A stretch of DNA of 64,000 nucleotides from an uncultured Gammaproteobacteria bacterium (GCA_964397195.1 CAYNGY010000004.1:1923-65922), one strand, 5' to 3'; positions 1-11,232 are shown, counted from the first letter of the stretch. Notes: generated by a model not told the origin, from the letters alone. Program-made: numbers and translations.

Positions 1-669
1 GGTGCGGACCGCATGTGCAATCGAAGCCACGATGAGCTGTAACGACTTCGTTGCGTCGTCATTAGCCGGGATTGGGTACGTCAGCCCAGCCGGGTTCACA
101 TTCGTGTCACAGACTGCAACAATCGGAATATGCATGGCTTTCGCTTCATGGATAGCCGTTTTTTCCTGTTTCACATCGATAACAAAAATCGCTTCCGGTA
201 AGTGATCAAGTCCCGCGACTCCGCCGATAAGTTTCTCTAAGCGTTCAATTTCATTCTCGAAAGAGAGTGACTCTTTCTTGGTGTACTTGGCCCATACACC
301 CGTCGCGCGCTCTTCCTTCAAGCGATGTAGTTTCTGGCCAAGCTGACGAACTTGCGAAAAGTTTGTGAATAAGCCGCCGATCCAACGATCGACAATGAAC
401 GGCATGCCGACTTCCTCCGCCGCCGCTCGGACAATATCACGCGCTTGGCGCTTCGTCCCGACAAACAGGATCGAGCCGCCGCGTCCGACGAGGTCGTGCA
501 CAAAAACAGTCGCCTGATCCAAAGCGGCCTTGGTTTTTTCGAGATTAATAATGGAGACGCCGCCACGAGTCGTGAAAATGAACGGATCCATTTTCGGGTG
601 ACGACGACTTTGCTGATGGCCGAAATGAACTCCGGCTTTCAGCATATCGACCAATGAGAGGTCTGACAT
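1..669 (-). CDS. rpsB: 30S ribosomal protein S2 (3' end outside window)
   Basis: Manual translation from ATG 669: MSDLSLVDMLKAGVHFGHQQSRRHPKMDPFIF...ILFVGTKRQA...RWIGGLFTNF. Not in the ORF track because it runs off the edge. SD AAGGAG upstream. Confidence 0.97.
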   Translation of the reverse strand, partial: MSDLSLVDMLKAGVHFGHQQSRRHPKMDPFIFTTRGGVSIINLEKTKAALDQATVFVHDLVGRGGSILFVGTKRQARDIVRAAAEEVGMPFIVDRWIGGLFTNFSQVRQLGQKLHRLKEERATGVWAKYTKKESLSFENEIERLEKLIGGVAGLDHLPEAIFVIDVKQEKTAIHEAKAMHIPIVAVCDTNVNPAGLTYPIPANDDATKSLQLIVASIAHAVRT

Positions 670-689
670 AATTGTACTTCTCCTTATAT

Positions 690-765
690 GTGCCCGGAAA
701 TCGGGCCCGCTACGCTGTTACCATGGCGCGGCTGATGGCCGCGAGGAGGTCTATAAACAGCGTAT
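690..765 (-). promoter_or_regulatory. structured rpsB 5' leader (putative S2 autoregulatory RNA)
   Basis: TACGCTGTT(711-719)/AACAGCGTA(756-764) stem enclosing a CGCGGC/GCCGCG hairpin, plus a GCCCG-GAAAT-CGGGC hairpin next to the SD. Position matches known rpsB leaders. Confidence 0.55.
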
Positions 766-808
766 GTGAGATGAATGAGCGGTCATAGGATACCATAGTC
801 ACCCTGAC

Positions 809-837
809 TTGACAAGCCCGAAAACCGCCCGTATACT
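809..837 (+). promoter_or_regulatory. sigma70-type promoter of rpmE
   Basis: TTGACA(809-814)-17 bp-TATACT(832-837), ATG at 848. Confidence 0.85.
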
Positions 838-847
838 GCCACGGCCT

Positions 848-1138
848 ATGAAATCCTCGATTCACCCGAAATATTCACGGTCCGCGACAGTTACCTGTGC
901 CTGTGGCAACACGTTTACGACCGGTTCAACGGTTGAGGATATTCGTGTTGAAGTCTGTTCACGCTGTCACCCGTTCTACACCGGAAAGCAAAATCTCGTC
1001 GACAGCGCTGGCCGGGTGGACCGTTTCAAGAAACTTGTTGAAAAGAGCGGCACCAACGAACACCCCGTTCGAAGTAAGCGCGCCAAGCTCGAAGCAAAAA
1101 AGGCCCGCAAGGTCGCCAAGGCCACCAAAGAAGAATAA
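848..1138 (+). CDS. rpmE: 50S ribosomal protein L31 (Zn-binding type)
   Basis: [34 protein letters not shown]. Start moved to ATG 848. Confidence 0.97.
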   Translation: MKSSIHPKYSRSATVTCACGNTFTTGSTVEDIRVEVCSRCHPFYTGKQNLVDSAGRVDRFKKLVEKSGTNEHPVRSKRAKLEAKKARKVAKATKEE

Positions 1139-1147
1139 CGACACTCG

Positions 1148-1170
1148 CCCGCCGACCACCGGCGGGATTT
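1148..1170 (+). terminator. hairpin after rpmE (possible weak terminator)
   Basis: CCCGCCG-ACCAC-CGGCGGG followed by ATTT. Confidence 0.5.
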
Positions 1171-1181
1171 GTCTATCACGT

Positions 1182-2255
1182 ATGGTTTTGCCGGATCGCA
1201 CCACCCTAACCACGCAACTTGAAGCCATTGAGGCTGATTTAGCGCGTCTCAGCACCGCCAACGATCAGGCTGCCCTGACCAAGGCATCAAAAAAGCATGC
1301 CGAGATAAGCGCCCTGCTGACCGACATCACCCATCTCGAGACCCTACACCAATCCGTCGATTCAACGCGGCTAACCGCCAATGATGACAGCGACCCGGAA
1401 CTTCAAGCAATGGCGACCGAGGAGTTGCCACGCCTCGAGAAGGAAATGGTTGAGCTGGAGCAAAATATCACCGAGCGCGTCCAGCCGAGCGACCCAAACG
1501 ACGAAAAAGATGTGATCGTCGAAATTCGGGCCGGCGCTGGCGGAGATGAAGCGGCCTTGTTTGCGGCCGAACTGATGCGAATGTACGCCCGCTATGCCGA
1601 ACGCAAAGAGTGGAAAACAAACCTCCTCTCTTCGAGCCACACCGGGATCGGCGGATTAAAAGAAGTCATCTTTGAAATCCACGGCGACCGTGTGTATCGT
1701 CTCATGAAATATGAGAGCGGTGTTCACCGGGTTCAGCGCGTCCCGGAAACAGAAAAAAGCGGTCGCGTTCATACCTCAACGGTGACGGTCGCGGTGGTAC
1801 CAATCGCCGAAGAAGAAGATCTAGTGATTGACCCGAAGGATCTGAAAATTGTGGCCTCAACATCGAGCGGTGCCGGCGGACAGTCGGTCAATACAACCTA
1901 TTCCGCCATCCGCCTGACCCATATCCCGACCGGCATCATGGTTTCGATGCAGGACGAACGATCACAAACCCAAAACAAAATTAAAGCGATGCAAGTTCTG
2001 CGATCCCGTCTGCTCGCTCGGCAAGAAGAAGAACGTCGCGCTCGCGATTCCGCGCTGCGAAAGAGTCAGATTGGCTCCGGCGATCGATCAGAAAAAATTC
2101 GTACCTACAACATCCCCCAAGACCGGGTCACCGACCACCGTATCAAGCTCACCTTGCACACCGTTCCAGCGATTCTTGATGGTGATCTCGATCAATTTAC
2201 GTCCGCCCTGCGAAAGGCTGATCTTGATGGCCAGGCCCCTGCTGACAATTCGTGA
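1182..2255 (+). CDS. prfA: peptide chain release factor 1
   Basis: [23 protein letters not shown] (PxT tripeptide), [13 protein letters not shown]. Likely start ATG 1182. Confidence 0.96.
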   Translation: MVLPDRTTLTTQLEAIEADLARLSTANDQAALTKASKKHAEISALLTDITHLETLHQSVDSTRLTANDDSDPELQAMATEELPRLEKEMVELEQNITERVQPSDPNDEKDVIVEIRAGAGGDEAALFAAELMRMYARYAERKEWKTNLLSSSHTGIGGLKEVIFEIHGDRVYRLMKYESGVHRVQRVPETEKSGRVHTSTVTVAVVPIAEEEDLVIDPKDLKIVASTSSGAGGQSVNTTYSAIRLTHIPTGIMVSMQDERSQTQNKIKAMQVLRSRLLARQEEERRARDSALRKSQIGSGDRSEKIRTYNIPQDRVTDHRIKLTLHTVPAILDGDLDQFTSALRKADLDGQAPADNS

Positions 2256-3069
2256 CCTATTGCGGCACGGCCGGAGCCTCCTCAGCCCGACGATCGCCCA
2301 GTCCGGACCGGAATCACTTGCGCTCCTAGCGACCGCCAGTAAAAAACCGGACACCTGGCTACTAGCCCACGATACCGAAGTGCTTCCACGTAATGCCCGG
2401 CGTACCTTTTTGCGCTGGGTCGGTGACCGCCGACGTGGTAAACCGTTTGCATACCTCGTTGGCTGGCAACCATTTGCCGGTCATCGCATCCGCGTCACAC
2501 CGGCTGTACTCATCCCCCGACCGGCGACCGAGACCTTGGTGGCCGATCTGCTTGCGCGGTACCAAAACCATACACAGCTTCGTGTTCTCGACGTCGGCAC
2601 CGGGAGCGGATGCATTGCCATTGCCATCGCGGCCGCCCAACCAACATGGACCGTCGAGGCGATTGAGCCATCCACCACCGCTCGTGCCGTGGCCACAAAA
2701 AATATTCGTCAGCTCGTCCCTCATCGTGTAAAACTGTTCGCAACGTTCCATCAGGTTCAGCATCATACCTACGACATTATTGTCGCCAACTTGCCATATC
2801 TGACCGCGGCCGAGCGTCGCCACCCCTCGCTTCGGTACGAACCGACGAGCGCCCTCGTTGGCGGTGGACGCGATGGTGGGAATGACATTCGGACGCTTAT
2901 CGGATCTATCGCCCATCCACCGTGTCGAGAACTACTTCTTGAGTGTCTCCCTCGACAATATCGCGCCATTCACAGCATGCTAAAGTCCACCTGGCCTCAC
3001 TACAACATATCCCGCCAAGTTGCCCCGGGCGGGATTGTCATCGGCGTTCGCGCCGCTCGAAAAAATTAG
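2227..3069 (+). CDS. prmC: release factor glutamine methyltransferase HemK/PrmC
   Basis: [25 protein letters not shown] (NPPY variant), YEP..AL. Directly follows prfA. Confidence 0.92.
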   Translation: MARPLLTIRDLLRHGRSLLSPTIAQSGPESLALLATASKKPDTWLLAHDTEVLPRNARRTFLRWVGDRRRGKPFAYLVGWQPFAGHRIRVTPAVLIPRPATETLVADLLARYQNHTQLRVLDVGTGSGCIAIAIAAAQPTWTVEAIEPSTTARAVATKNIRQLVPHRVKLFATFHQVQHHTYDIIVANLPYLTAAERRHPSLRYEPTSALVGGGRDGGNDIRTLIGSIAHPPCRELLLECLPRQYRAIHSMLKSTWPHYNISRQVAPGGIVIGVRAARKN

Positions 3070-4307
3070 TACGTAACCGAGCGATCCGTCGGCACCACTT
3101 CTACCCAAGTCGTACCGCGAGTGAGCGTCACTACGGCACCATCGGCATCGTAGAATTGGGTGCGGTTTGTGGTGGCCTCTTTCTTCCACGTCCCGACGAT
3201 CGTGACCCCATCGTGGAAAATAAGTGCCTTCCCTTGCCCAACCGTCGCCATCTTTAAACGCTGTTTCTCATTCGGATACAGTGTGGTTGGCACATACTGG
3301 ACAATAACATTTTTGGCCGACAAGGCGACTCCGTCTCGAGTCACATGCGCTTCATTCCCATTTTTTCGCGCGTAGACATTATCTTCGCGGTTATAGGTAT
3401 ACGTGACACGGTAGCTGAGCGACGAGAAATTAATAACGATGTCCTTGACGGTCGCCGGTCGATCTGCGAATTCGGACTCATCCGCATAGGCCCAACCGGT
3501 AAATGTACTCTTGGTATTCTTCGCCACCTGAGTCAGAGCCTGGTTAATCGATTGCCCGCTCGTGTACAGGTTATGTGGTGCATAGCGTTTTCGGTCGCGC
3601 CAGAAGTAAGGACTCTTTGTAAATTGATTGAAGTCAACGACCGTTGTTTTGCTCTGCCGTAACAGATCGAGCGCCTGCGGGCTCCCGCCAGCGTGAATAT
3701 AGAGTGGCGCATTGTACTCGCTGGCCCAATCAACAAAATACGGGCGGGCCGAGCGGACCGGACCGATTTCCTTTGGCATATCGGTTGTCGCGAACATCGC
3801 TAAGAACCGAGTAATACCGCCCTCAGCCAGGGCCTCATAGACAACTTTGGCCCGGTCAATGCCCGATGGAGGTCGCGAAGCCGACATGTTCTCAATCATC
3901 ACCGCGGCTAAGGCCGGATTGGTCTCCGCTGCAGTCACCTCAACACCATCGAGAATTCGTGGCGCTAATTCCTCGGCAACATTCGTGTTCACTGGTTCAT
4001 TCGTATTCGTCGGTACTTCTGCTACCGGCTGCGACCAGTACAGATACCCGCCCACGGCGGCTCCCGCTAAGACGACAACACCAAGCACCACCCATACCCA
4101 TACCGGGATACGAGCTTTTGGCTTGGCATCATTTCGAACAATGGAAGGTTTTGGCGTTGCGGTGGGTGTCGAAGGATCCGACGCAACCGGTGAGGCCTTC
4201 TTGCCTCCCTTTTTTACGGGCGGCACTGGTTCAGGCGCAGACTCAGTCGGAAGCGTATCAGGAAACTCAGCCGGCTCGGTAACTTTTTGTCGTTTTGGTT
4301 TTGCCAT
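3066..4307 (-). CDS. membrane-anchored DUF3048/YerB-like protein
   Basis: Single TM, then AVMIEN..SRPPSG, YEALAEGGITRF, GPVRSAR, APHNLY. Confidence 0.8.
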   Translation of the reverse strand: MAKPKRQKVTEPAEFPDTLPTESAPEPVPPVKKGGKKASPVASDPSTPTATPKPSIVRNDAKPKARIPVWVWVVLGVVVLAGAAVGGYLYWSQPVAEVPTNTNEPVNTNVAEELAPRILDGVEVTAAETNPALAAVMIENMSASRPPSGIDRAKVVYEALAEGGITRFLAMFATTDMPKEIGPVRSARPYFVDWASEYNAPLYIHAGGSPQALDLLRQSKTTVVDFNQFTKSPYFWRDRKRYAPHNLYTSGQSINQALTQVAKNTKSTFTGWAYADESEFADRPATVKDIVINFSSLSYRVTYTYNREDNVYARKNGNEAHVTRDGVALSAKNVIVQYVPTTLYPNEKQRLKMATVGQGKALIFHDGVTIVGTWKKEATTNRTQFYDADGAVVTLTRGTTWVEVVPTDRSVTY

Positions 4308-4319
4308 AGGTCGTTGGGA

Positions 4320-5003
4320 TTAGGTCTTTTCAGTGGTTGATTCGGTTCCTTCTTCGGCTGCTTCCTCTTCCTTCCCCTTCTTCTCAACTTCGACCGTGCT
4401 CACATCTTCCTTCACATCGGCACTCAAGGCCTCGAGTTCGGCCTCGCTTCGAGGAGCGGCGACACTCGCGACGACTTCTTCACCGCTAATCATGGCCGTA
4501 ATTCCAGTCGGCAAGACAAGATCCGCGACATGGATTCGATCTTCAAACGTTTTGAGGGCGCTGATATCAACGGCAATGGACGGCACCAAGTCACCTGGCA
4601 AAGCGGTGATTTTCAGTTTATCGAGCGTGCGGATGAGAATACCGCCCTGTTCCTTAACAGCTGGTGATTCCCCAGTAAACTCAAGGTCAACGTCCGCTTC
4701 AATTTTTTCAGTCATGCGCACCTGATAGAAGTCAACGTGCATCACGGTTTGCTTCGTTGGGTGACGCTGGACACCATGGATTAGCACTGCCACTGGTTTT
4801 GCATCATCAACAACTAAATCGACCAAACTGGTCGAACCAGCGGCCTTGTACAGTTTCACAAATTCACCCAGATCAATATCAAGGGTTTGGCTCGTTAAGC
4901 CGTGTCCATAGACAATTGCCGGCACGCGTCGTTCGCGACGCAGGTGATCAACGAGTTTGCCGACAACAGAGCGTCGGCGAGCGGTAAGCACGGGATGGTT
5001 CAT
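4320..5003 (-). CDS. rplY: 50S ribosomal protein L25/Ctc
   Basis: LRRERRVPAIVYG, VQRHP..HVDFY, GESPAVKEQGG, acidic tail. Confidence 0.95.
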   Translation of the reverse strand: MNHPVLTARRRSVVGKLVDHLRRERRVPAIVYGHGLTSQTLDIDLGEFVKLYKAAGSTSLVDLVVDDAKPVAVLIHGVQRHPTKQTVMHVDFYQVRMTEKIEADVDLEFTGESPAVKEQGGILIRTLDKLKITALPGDLVPSIAVDISALKTFEDRIHVADLVLPTGITAMISGEEVVASVAAPRSEAELEALSADVKEDVSTVEVEKKGKEEEAAEEGTESTTEKT

Positions 5004-5041
5004 ACGGTATTCAAGTCAATCAAGGGCAGGTTCCGGTCGGA

Positions 5042-5395
5042 TTACTCCCGCCGAAAAATCTGCATACGGTCCTCGTTCGCAATAAACGCTTCCGAAAAGT
5101 CGATCACATCATCCTCGCTCACTGAGTGTTGATCGCTCCGATCAACGACCTCGGCGGGCGTTAAATCTGTCATCGCGCCAACCGTGCTGACGCCATCAGG
5201 GCGAGCGGTCACAATCGCCAGGGAAGCCGTTCCGCAACGACGGCACTGCAGATAGAGCAAGTGCGCATCGTTTTGGACTGCTAATACGTGGGACTGGACC
5301 GGTTGAAACGCCGACTCACACAACGGACAAGACATAAAGACCGAAGCCTCTGATCCTGACCCTTGCGGGGATGATGCCGGTGACGGGACATTCAT
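5042..5395 (-). CDS. small Zn-ribbon hypothetical protein
   Basis: CPLC...CRRC. TTGACT-17-TACCGT promoter upstream supports ATG 5395. Confidence 0.7.
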   Translation of the reverse strand: MNVPSPASSPQGSGSEASVFMSCPLCESAFQPVQSHVLAVQNDAHLLYLQCRRCGTASLAIVTARPDGVSTVGAMTDLTPAEVVDRSDQHSVSEDDVIDFSEAFIANEDRMQIFRRE

Positions 5396-5447
5396 AGCAA
5401 ACGAACGTGGCCATACGGTACCACTTGTCCTCGCCCGAGTCAAGTCG

Positions 5448-6563
5448 TTAGGCGGAAAGGCGCGAGGAAAGTCGAATGGAGATGCTTTCCAGTATCCCGA
5501 GGCTCAAAAAACCACCTAATAATGAGCTTCCCCCATAACTCACATACGGCAACGGAATACCGGTCACCGGTAAGACCCCAAGATTCATCCCAATATTTAC
5601 CAGGACATGGATAAAAATCACCCCACCCAAGCCGATGATCAGGTAACCAGTGAACCCATCGACCGCCCGACCGAAGAGTCTGACCAGCCGCAAAAAGTAG
5701 AATCCAAAAAGAATAATCACGGTCCCGCCTCCAAGGAATCCGAGCTCCTCGCTAATCGAAGCAAAGATGAAGTCTGTTTGTCGCTCCGGTAAAAACTCAA
5801 GTTGTGACTGTGGGCCGAGACCAAGCCCTCGACCGAATAACTGACCCGAACCAATCGCGGCTAGCGCCTGTCGAACATTGTAGCCCGCTCCCTGCGGATC
5901 GCTCGCCGGTTGAACAAAAGTGATGATGCGTTTTTTCTGGTAAGGCTTTAGTACCGTCGCCCAACTCAGCGCGCCGACAACTGCCGCAATGCCGAGGAGA
6001 ATAAAGAGATACCGTCGTGGTGTCGGCGAGACTAAGAGCATCATCCCCCACATGCCAAGCATGACAATCGCTGAACCGAAGTCTGGTTGGACCATGACCA
6101 AGACGACCGGTACGGCCACCACCACGCCCGTACGAAAAATAAACATCCAGCTCTGCGCGACGGCCCGTTGATCACTCATGATTTTTGCCAACACAATTGC
6201 CAATATGACTTTCATTACCTCAACCGGCTGGAGTTGGACAAAGCCAAAGGAAAACCAACCCGTCGTCCCCCGGACCGTTTGACCGAACAGTAACACGCCA
6301 ACGAGAAGCGCGTTTCCGACACCGTACAATACCCAGTGTAGCCCGCCAAAAAGTCGATAATCGAGTGTCATCAGGTACAACGCCAGGATCAATCCGGCGG
6401 CGATGAACCCAAGCTGGCGATAGAATGTTAGTCGGTTCGCGGCATCGGCGTTCATGCTAAAACTGAACAAGGCCGCCAAACCGATAAAGGTCAGTAGCAA
6501 AGTGATCGTCAGCACTCCAACGTCCATGCGGCGGACACTCGCGCCGAATCCAAGCGAAGCCAT
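5448..6563 (-). CDS. rodA: SEDS family rod shape-determining protein RodA
   Basis: Polytopic. LQPVEVMK, QPDFGSA, LPERQTDFIF..EELGF, PVTGIPLPYVSYGGSS. Confidence 0.9.
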   Translation of the reverse strand: MASLGFGASVRRMDVGVLTITLLLTFIGLAALFSFSMNADAANRLTFYRQLGFIAAGLILALYLMTLDYRLFGGLHWVLYGVGNALLVGVLLFGQTVRGTTGWFSFGFVQLQPVEVMKVILAIVLAKIMSDQRAVAQSWMFIFRTGVVVAVPVVLVMVQPDFGSAIVMLGMWGMMLLVSPTPRRYLFILLGIAAVVGALSWATVLKPYQKKRIITFVQPASDPQGAGYNVRQALAAIGSGQLFGRGLGLGPQSQLEFLPERQTDFIFASISEELGFLGGGTVIILFGFYFLRLVRLFGRAVDGFTGYLIIGLGGVIFIHVLVNIGMNLGVLPVTGIPLPYVSYGGSSLLGGFLSLGILESISIRLSSRLSA

Positions 6564-6564
6564 G

Positions 6565-7380
6565 TTAGAAGCGGTTCGAGGCGTCGAAGGCGCTGACGGA
6601 TGGTTTTACCTCCACCGTCGAAACGCTCGAAATCGGGTAGGTCCAGCTAGTCCCTATCTTTTTTGTTTCTCGGGATTTCCAGCGGTCAATCACGAGCTCC
6701 TCAACGGCGACAATTCCCTGTGATGAACGAACGATGATCGGCACTCGCACCTGGTAGTAGTTATAAACCGATTCATTCCGAACGGCCGCCTGGACGGCAA
6801 TGGTATCAATACTCGCGCCACGAATGGGAACTTGGGTCCCTGACCATGTCGGCGTCTCGATCGTAAAGCTCGGCAATGGGGTGCGGCTCGTTGACCGAGA
6901 CCATTCTGCCACCACGGCCGAAAGCGTCGGCTGGACATCAGCCGCTAAGGCGATATTCTGGACCATCACCGGACGATCCTCCCCGGGATTCACCCAGGTG
7001 GTCTGAGTTGACGTCGACGTCGATCCTAAGACAAACGTATATTGCACTTTCGCCGCCCCCCAGTCAGCATTTGTATTTTTCAGAAAACCAACAACATCAA
7101 CATGCTGTGCATCACGGCGAATGATCGTCAGATCGTGCACGTTCAGCGTCGTTGGCTGGCCGAGCGCGCGCGGCGAAAATATTGACAAACGCCGTCCAAG
7201 ATCATGAATCCTCGTGGTGATGTGCCCAGCCTGCGCCGTAGCCAGTCCCACCGCCGAAAGGGCCCAAATGCCAGAAATGAAAATAACCATCAGAAGCATA
7301 ATCGCCCACCACCGGCGTAATGTGGCTTTATGACTAACGAACCAATACCCTATTGCCAGCGGAATATCGCGTGAAGGCAT
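6565..7380 (-). CDS. membrane-anchored hypothetical protein (beta-rich)
   Basis: Long ORF abutting rodA with an N-terminal TM. Leaderless promoter TTGCGA-17-TACTCT-6-ATG 7380. Confidence 0.7.
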   Translation of the reverse strand: MPSRDIPLAIGYWFVSHKATLRRWWAIMLLMVIFISGIWALSAVGLATAQAGHITTRIHDLGRRLSIFSPRALGQPTTLNVHDLTIIRRDAQHVDVVGFLKNTNADWGAAKVQYTFVLGSTSTSTQTTWVNPGEDRPVMVQNIALAADVQPTLSAVVAEWSRSTSRTPLPSFTIETPTWSGTQVPIRGASIDTIAVQAAVRNESVYNYYQVRVPIIVRSSQGIVAVEELVIDRWKSRETKKIGTSWTYPISSVSTVEVKPSVSAFDASNRF

Positions 7381-7457
7381 GTCAGGAGAGTACCAAAACG
7401 GACCGCTCGTCGCAAGTCGGCGTGACCAACTCCCATCCGATATGGTATGCTGTGGAC

Positions 7458-7763
7458 ATGTCAAAAGACATCCTTTTCATCAGCCTCTCCGTCGCCGCAC
7501 TCGTCGGTACGGCTTTTTGGGTGATTCTACTAGCCGAGATGATTAAGATCTTGCGGTCAGTCGAACGAACCGTCACCGCCTTTGAAACACGGCTGCGCAC
7601 CATTGATGATATTCTTCAGACCCTGCGGGATAAAATTTCTTCTACCCACATCGAATTGGTTGCCTTGGCTCAAGGTGTAAAATCGCTCATTGGATTCTTT
7701 GCGAACCGGCGTTCAGCCCGCCGTTCCAGCACACGCGCATCAGCGCCCGCGGACGACGAATAG
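7458..7763 (+). CDS. small TM + coiled-coil protein (DUF948-like)
   Basis: N-terminal TM then heptads. TGgTATGCT 6 nt before ATG 7458. Confidence 0.75.
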   Translation: MSKDILFISLSVAALVGTAFWVILLAEMIKILRSVERTVTAFETRLRTIDDILQTLRDKISSTHIELVALAQGVKSLIGFFANRRSARRSSTRASAPADDE

Positions 7764-7812
7764 GTCCCGTGGTCGTGATGAAGCTGGTCCCGAGGTTCGG
7801 GATCGTTTACGC

Positions 7813-10800
7813 ATGTCTACATCATTCGTCAATCTCCACGTTCATAGCCACTTTTCGCTGCTCGACGGTCTACCGAAGATCGACGAGTTAGTGACGTGTG
7901 CCAAAGAGCAGGGTGCAACCGCCCTGGCCCTGACTGATCATGGCAACCTGTACGGCGCCATTGAATTTTACCAAAAAGCTACCGCCGCCGGCATCAAGCC
8001 GATTATTGGTGTTGAGATCTATGTTGCCCCAAACAAGCACACCGAAAAACGCCCAAAGGTCGATGAACATGCATACCATCTGACACTACTGGCCGAGAAT
8101 AACACCGGGTATCGCAACCTGATCGCCCTCGTCACCGCCGCTCACCTTGAAGGATTTTACTATAAGCCGCGTGTCGATCACGATCTGCTCGCCAAGCACG
8201 CGGAAGGGGTCATTGCCTTAAGCGGCTGTTTAAAGGGCGAAATTGCTGGTGCGATCCTCTCCGGCCGCGACTCGGAAGCGCGTAAACTAATAGCGTGGTA
8301 TCAGGAAGCATTCGGACCAAAAAACTTTTTTCTTGAGCTCCAGGATCATCCGACGATTCCCGAGCAAGGGAAGCTGAATACCGCTTTAATTGCTTACGGG
8401 CAAGAGCTGGGTATTCCCCTCGTCGCGACCACAGATTCACACTACCTCCGACCCGATGACGCAGAAGCCCAAGACATTCTCCTCTGCATCCACATGAAGC
8501 GACAGATCAGTGACCCTGATCGTCTTTCGATGCGGCATGCTGATTTCTCGCTTCGGCCAGCTGACGACATGATTGCGGCTTTTTCCCATGTTCCAGCAGC
8601 GATTACCAATACGGTCGCTATCGCGGAACGTTGTGACGTCACTATTAAACTTGGACAGGTCCAGCTCCCCCACTATCAGGTCCCGGCTGGCCAGACCGCC
8701 GAACAATACCTGCGACAATTGGCAGAAGAAGGTATCCCGCGACGGTACGGCAGCGAAACACCGGCTGTTCGTGAACGTCTTGAGTATGAACTCTCGGTAA
8801 TCGACAAAACCGGCTTCGCCTCATACTTTTTGATTGTCCAAGATTTTGTGAACTGGTCAAAACAACATGGGATTATCGTCGGCCCTGGTCGCGGCTCGGC
8901 GGCTGGTTCGATCGTGTCATACCTTTTGAATATCACCAACGTCGACCCGATCATGTACGATCTCCTGTTTGAGCGATTTCTCAACCCGGAACGTATCGCC
9001 ATGCCGGATATTGATATTGATTTTGCTGACACGCGTCGAGACGAAGTAATCCGCTATGTTGAATCGCGCTACGGGAAGGACCACGTCGCCCAAATTATCA
9101 CCTTTGGAACCATGGCCGCTCGCGCGGCGATTCGCGACGTTGGTCGGGTACTCGGTTTTCCGTATACCTATTGTGATCGCGTCGCAAAACTGATCCCGAT
9201 GTTTTCGTCACTCTCCCAAGCCTTAGAGCATGTTCCGGAATTGAAAGAGATCTACGAAAACGATGAGGAGGCAAAGCGGCTGATCGATGGCGCCATGAAG
9301 CTCGAGGGCGTCGCGCGTCACGCGTCACGCCACGCCTGCGGCGTGGTCATCACCAAAGACCCGCTGATTGCCAACGTGCCTCTGCAATATGCGGGGCCAG
9401 ATGACGATTCAATTATCTCTCAGTACTCGTTGCATCCGATTGAAGATCTTGGCCTCTTAAAAATGGACTTCCTTGGTCTTTCAAACTTAACGATCCTTGA
9501 GACCTGTCTCCAGATGATTCAAAAGTCGCGCGGCATCACCATCGACTTAGACACCATTCCGCTCGAGGACAAGAAGACGTTCCGCCTCCTCCAACGCGGG
9601 GAAACGACCGGGGTCTTTCAGCTCGAATCGAGTGGCATGAAACGGTATTTACGCGAGCTGAAGCCGACCTCGATCGAAGATATCATCGCTATGGTGGCCT
9701 TATACCGTCCGGGACCGATGGAGCTTATCCCCCAGTTCATTGCCGGGAAACACGGCACCTACAAACCAACCTACCTAGATCCGCGATTGAAACCAATTCT
9801 CGAAAAGACGTACGGCGTAGCCGTCTACCAAGAACAAGTCATGCAAATGGCTCGCGATGTCGCCGGCTTCACCCTTGGCGAAGCAGATGTGCTTCGAAAA
9901 GCCGTCGGAAAAAAGATTATGAAGCTGCTGCAAGAACAGAAGGAGAAATTCGTCGAGGGGGCGGTAAAAAATGGCGTCAAGAAGCTGGCGGCCGAGAAGA
10001 TTTTCGAGTTCATTGAACCATTTGCCCGATACGGATTTAACCGATCCCACGCCGCCTGCTATGCGGTCATAGCCTACCAGACCGCCTACTGCAAAGCTAA
10101 CTATCCAGCCGAGTTCATGGCGGCTCTCCTCACCTCTGACCAACATAACACCGACCGGATAGCGATCGAAATCGAAGAGGCCCGTCGTATGCAACTCGAA
10201 GTGTTGGCACCTGACATCAATCAGAGTGAGGGGTCGTTCACCGTTCACGCCGACGATAAAAAGAAGTTCACCAAAATCCGATTTGGTCTTAACGCAATAA
10301 AAAATGTCGGCGAGCACTTGGTGGAGGCCATCATCGCCGAACGCTCGTCCGGACCGTTTGTCTCGATCGAGGATCTTCTCCGCCGCGTTCAGCACAAGGA
10401 TTTAAATAAGAAGTCACTCGAAAGCTTAATCAAAGTTGGTGCACTTGAAAACTGGGGTGAACGTCAAACACTGCTGACCAATTTACCTGAACTCCTTAAA
10501 TTTGCAAAAACGATATCGGAAGAAATCGCTCGAAAGCAAACTAATCTCTTTGGGGCGCTCCCGGTCGCCTTCTCCCCGACCATCCGTCTCGCGCCGGCTG
10601 AACCGGCGAGTCGCGGCACTCGCAGCCAATGGGAGAAGGACCTGCTAGGGTTTTACCTGACCGATCATCCGTTGAATGAGCACCGTGACGTATTGGCCGG
10701 CCTAACCCTCCCCATTCAAGAAGCTCGAGAAAAACGTGGCCGCGGGATAAAGATCGGCGGACTGATTAGCAGTGTTAAGCGTATTTCCACGAAACGGAAT

Positions 10801-11232
10801 GAATTAATGATGTTCGTCCGCCTCGAGGACCACACCGGATCGGCCGAAGCCGTCATTTTCCCAAAAACCTACGCCGCGACATCAGCCATGTGGGAACCTG
10901 ATCGATTGGTGGTCGTCGAAGGGCAAGCCGATCAACGTGATAGCGAATGGAAAATTCTGGTTGACAAAGTTTGGGACCTAAAAACGCTCGCCGCCCAAAA
11001 GAAACCGGCCAAAAAAATACGGATCCGAGTCGATTTGACCACCGCCACCCCAGCCATTTTTGCCAGTTTACGTGACATATTAGGTCGTTTTCCTGGCCCG
11101 ACACCAGTCGAACTGCATGCAGTGCGTGGGACACAATCCAAGGCTATGCCAACCGAGTTTTCCATCGCCCTTACGCCGGAGGCTCGAGAGCATTTGGAGT
11201 CATTGCTCGGAGAGTGTATCCTACCTGAGTAA
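7813..11232 (+). CDS. dnaE: DNA polymerase III alpha subunit
   Basis: LHVHSHFSLLDG PHP domain, GPGRGSAAGS, MPDIDIDF, KMDFLGL, YGFNRSH, C-terminal OB fold. Confidence 0.98.
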   Translation: MSTSFVNLHVHSHFSLLDGLPKIDELVTCAKEQGATALALTDHGNLYGAIEFYQKATAAGIKPIIGVEIYVAPNKHTEKRPKVDEHAYHLTLLAENNTGYRNLIALVTAAHLEGFYYKPRVDHDLLAKHAEGVIALSGCLKGEIAGAILSGRDSEARKLIAWYQEAFGPKNFFLELQDHPTIPEQGKLNTALIAYGQELGIPLVATTDSHYLRPDDAEAQDILLCIHMKRQISDPDRLSMRHADFSLRPADDMIAAFSHVPAAITNTVAIAERCDVTIKLGQVQLPHYQVPAGQTAEQYLRQLAEEGIPRRYGSETPAVRERLEYELSVIDKTGFASYFLIVQDFVNWSKQHGIIVGPGRGSAAGSIVSYLLNITNVDPIMYDLLFERFLNPERIAMPDIDIDFADTRRDEVIRYVESRYGKDHVAQIITFGTMAARAAIRDVGRVLGFPYTYCDRVAKLIPMFSSLSQALEHVPELKEIYENDEEAKRLIDGAMKLEGVARHASRHACGVVITKDPLIANVPLQYAGPDDDSIISQYSLHPIEDLGLLKMDFLGLSNLTILETCLQMIQKSRGITIDLDTIPLEDKKTFRLLQRGETTGVFQLESSGMKRYLRELKPTSIEDIIAMVALYRPGPMELIPQFIAGKHGTYKPTYLDPRLKPILEKTYGVAVYQEQVMQMARDVAGFTLGEADVLRKAVGKKIMKLLQEQKEKFVEGAVKNGVKKLAAEKIFEFIEPFARYGFNRSHAACYAVIAYQTAYCKANYPAEFMAALLTSDQHNTDRIAIEIEEARRMQLEVLAPDINQSEGSFTVHADDKKKFTKIRFGLNAIKNVGEHLVEAIIAERSSGPFVSIEDLLRRVQHKDLNKKSLESLIKVGALENWGERQTLLTNLPELLKFAKTISEEIARKQTNLFGALPVAFSPTIRLAPAEPASRGTRSQWEKDLLGFYLTDHPLNEHRDVLAGLTLPIQEAREKRGRGIKIGGLISSVKRISTKRNELMMFVRLEDHTGSAEAVIFPKTYAATSAMWEPDRLVVVEGQADQRDSEWKILVDKVWDLKTLAAQKKPAKKIRIRVDLTTATPAIFASLRDILGRFPGPTPVELHAVRGTQSKAMPTEFSIALTPEAREHLESLLGECILPE

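Noticed and set aside
897-1181. 95-aa N-terminal extension of RF1 in the ORF track
   Set aside because: It overlaps rpmE in another frame and crosses a hairpin. RF1-like sequence starts near ATG 1182.
7813-11232. Possible intein in DnaE (or GyrB)
   Set aside because: Lengths are normal and no C-1/HN-C splice motifs were seen.
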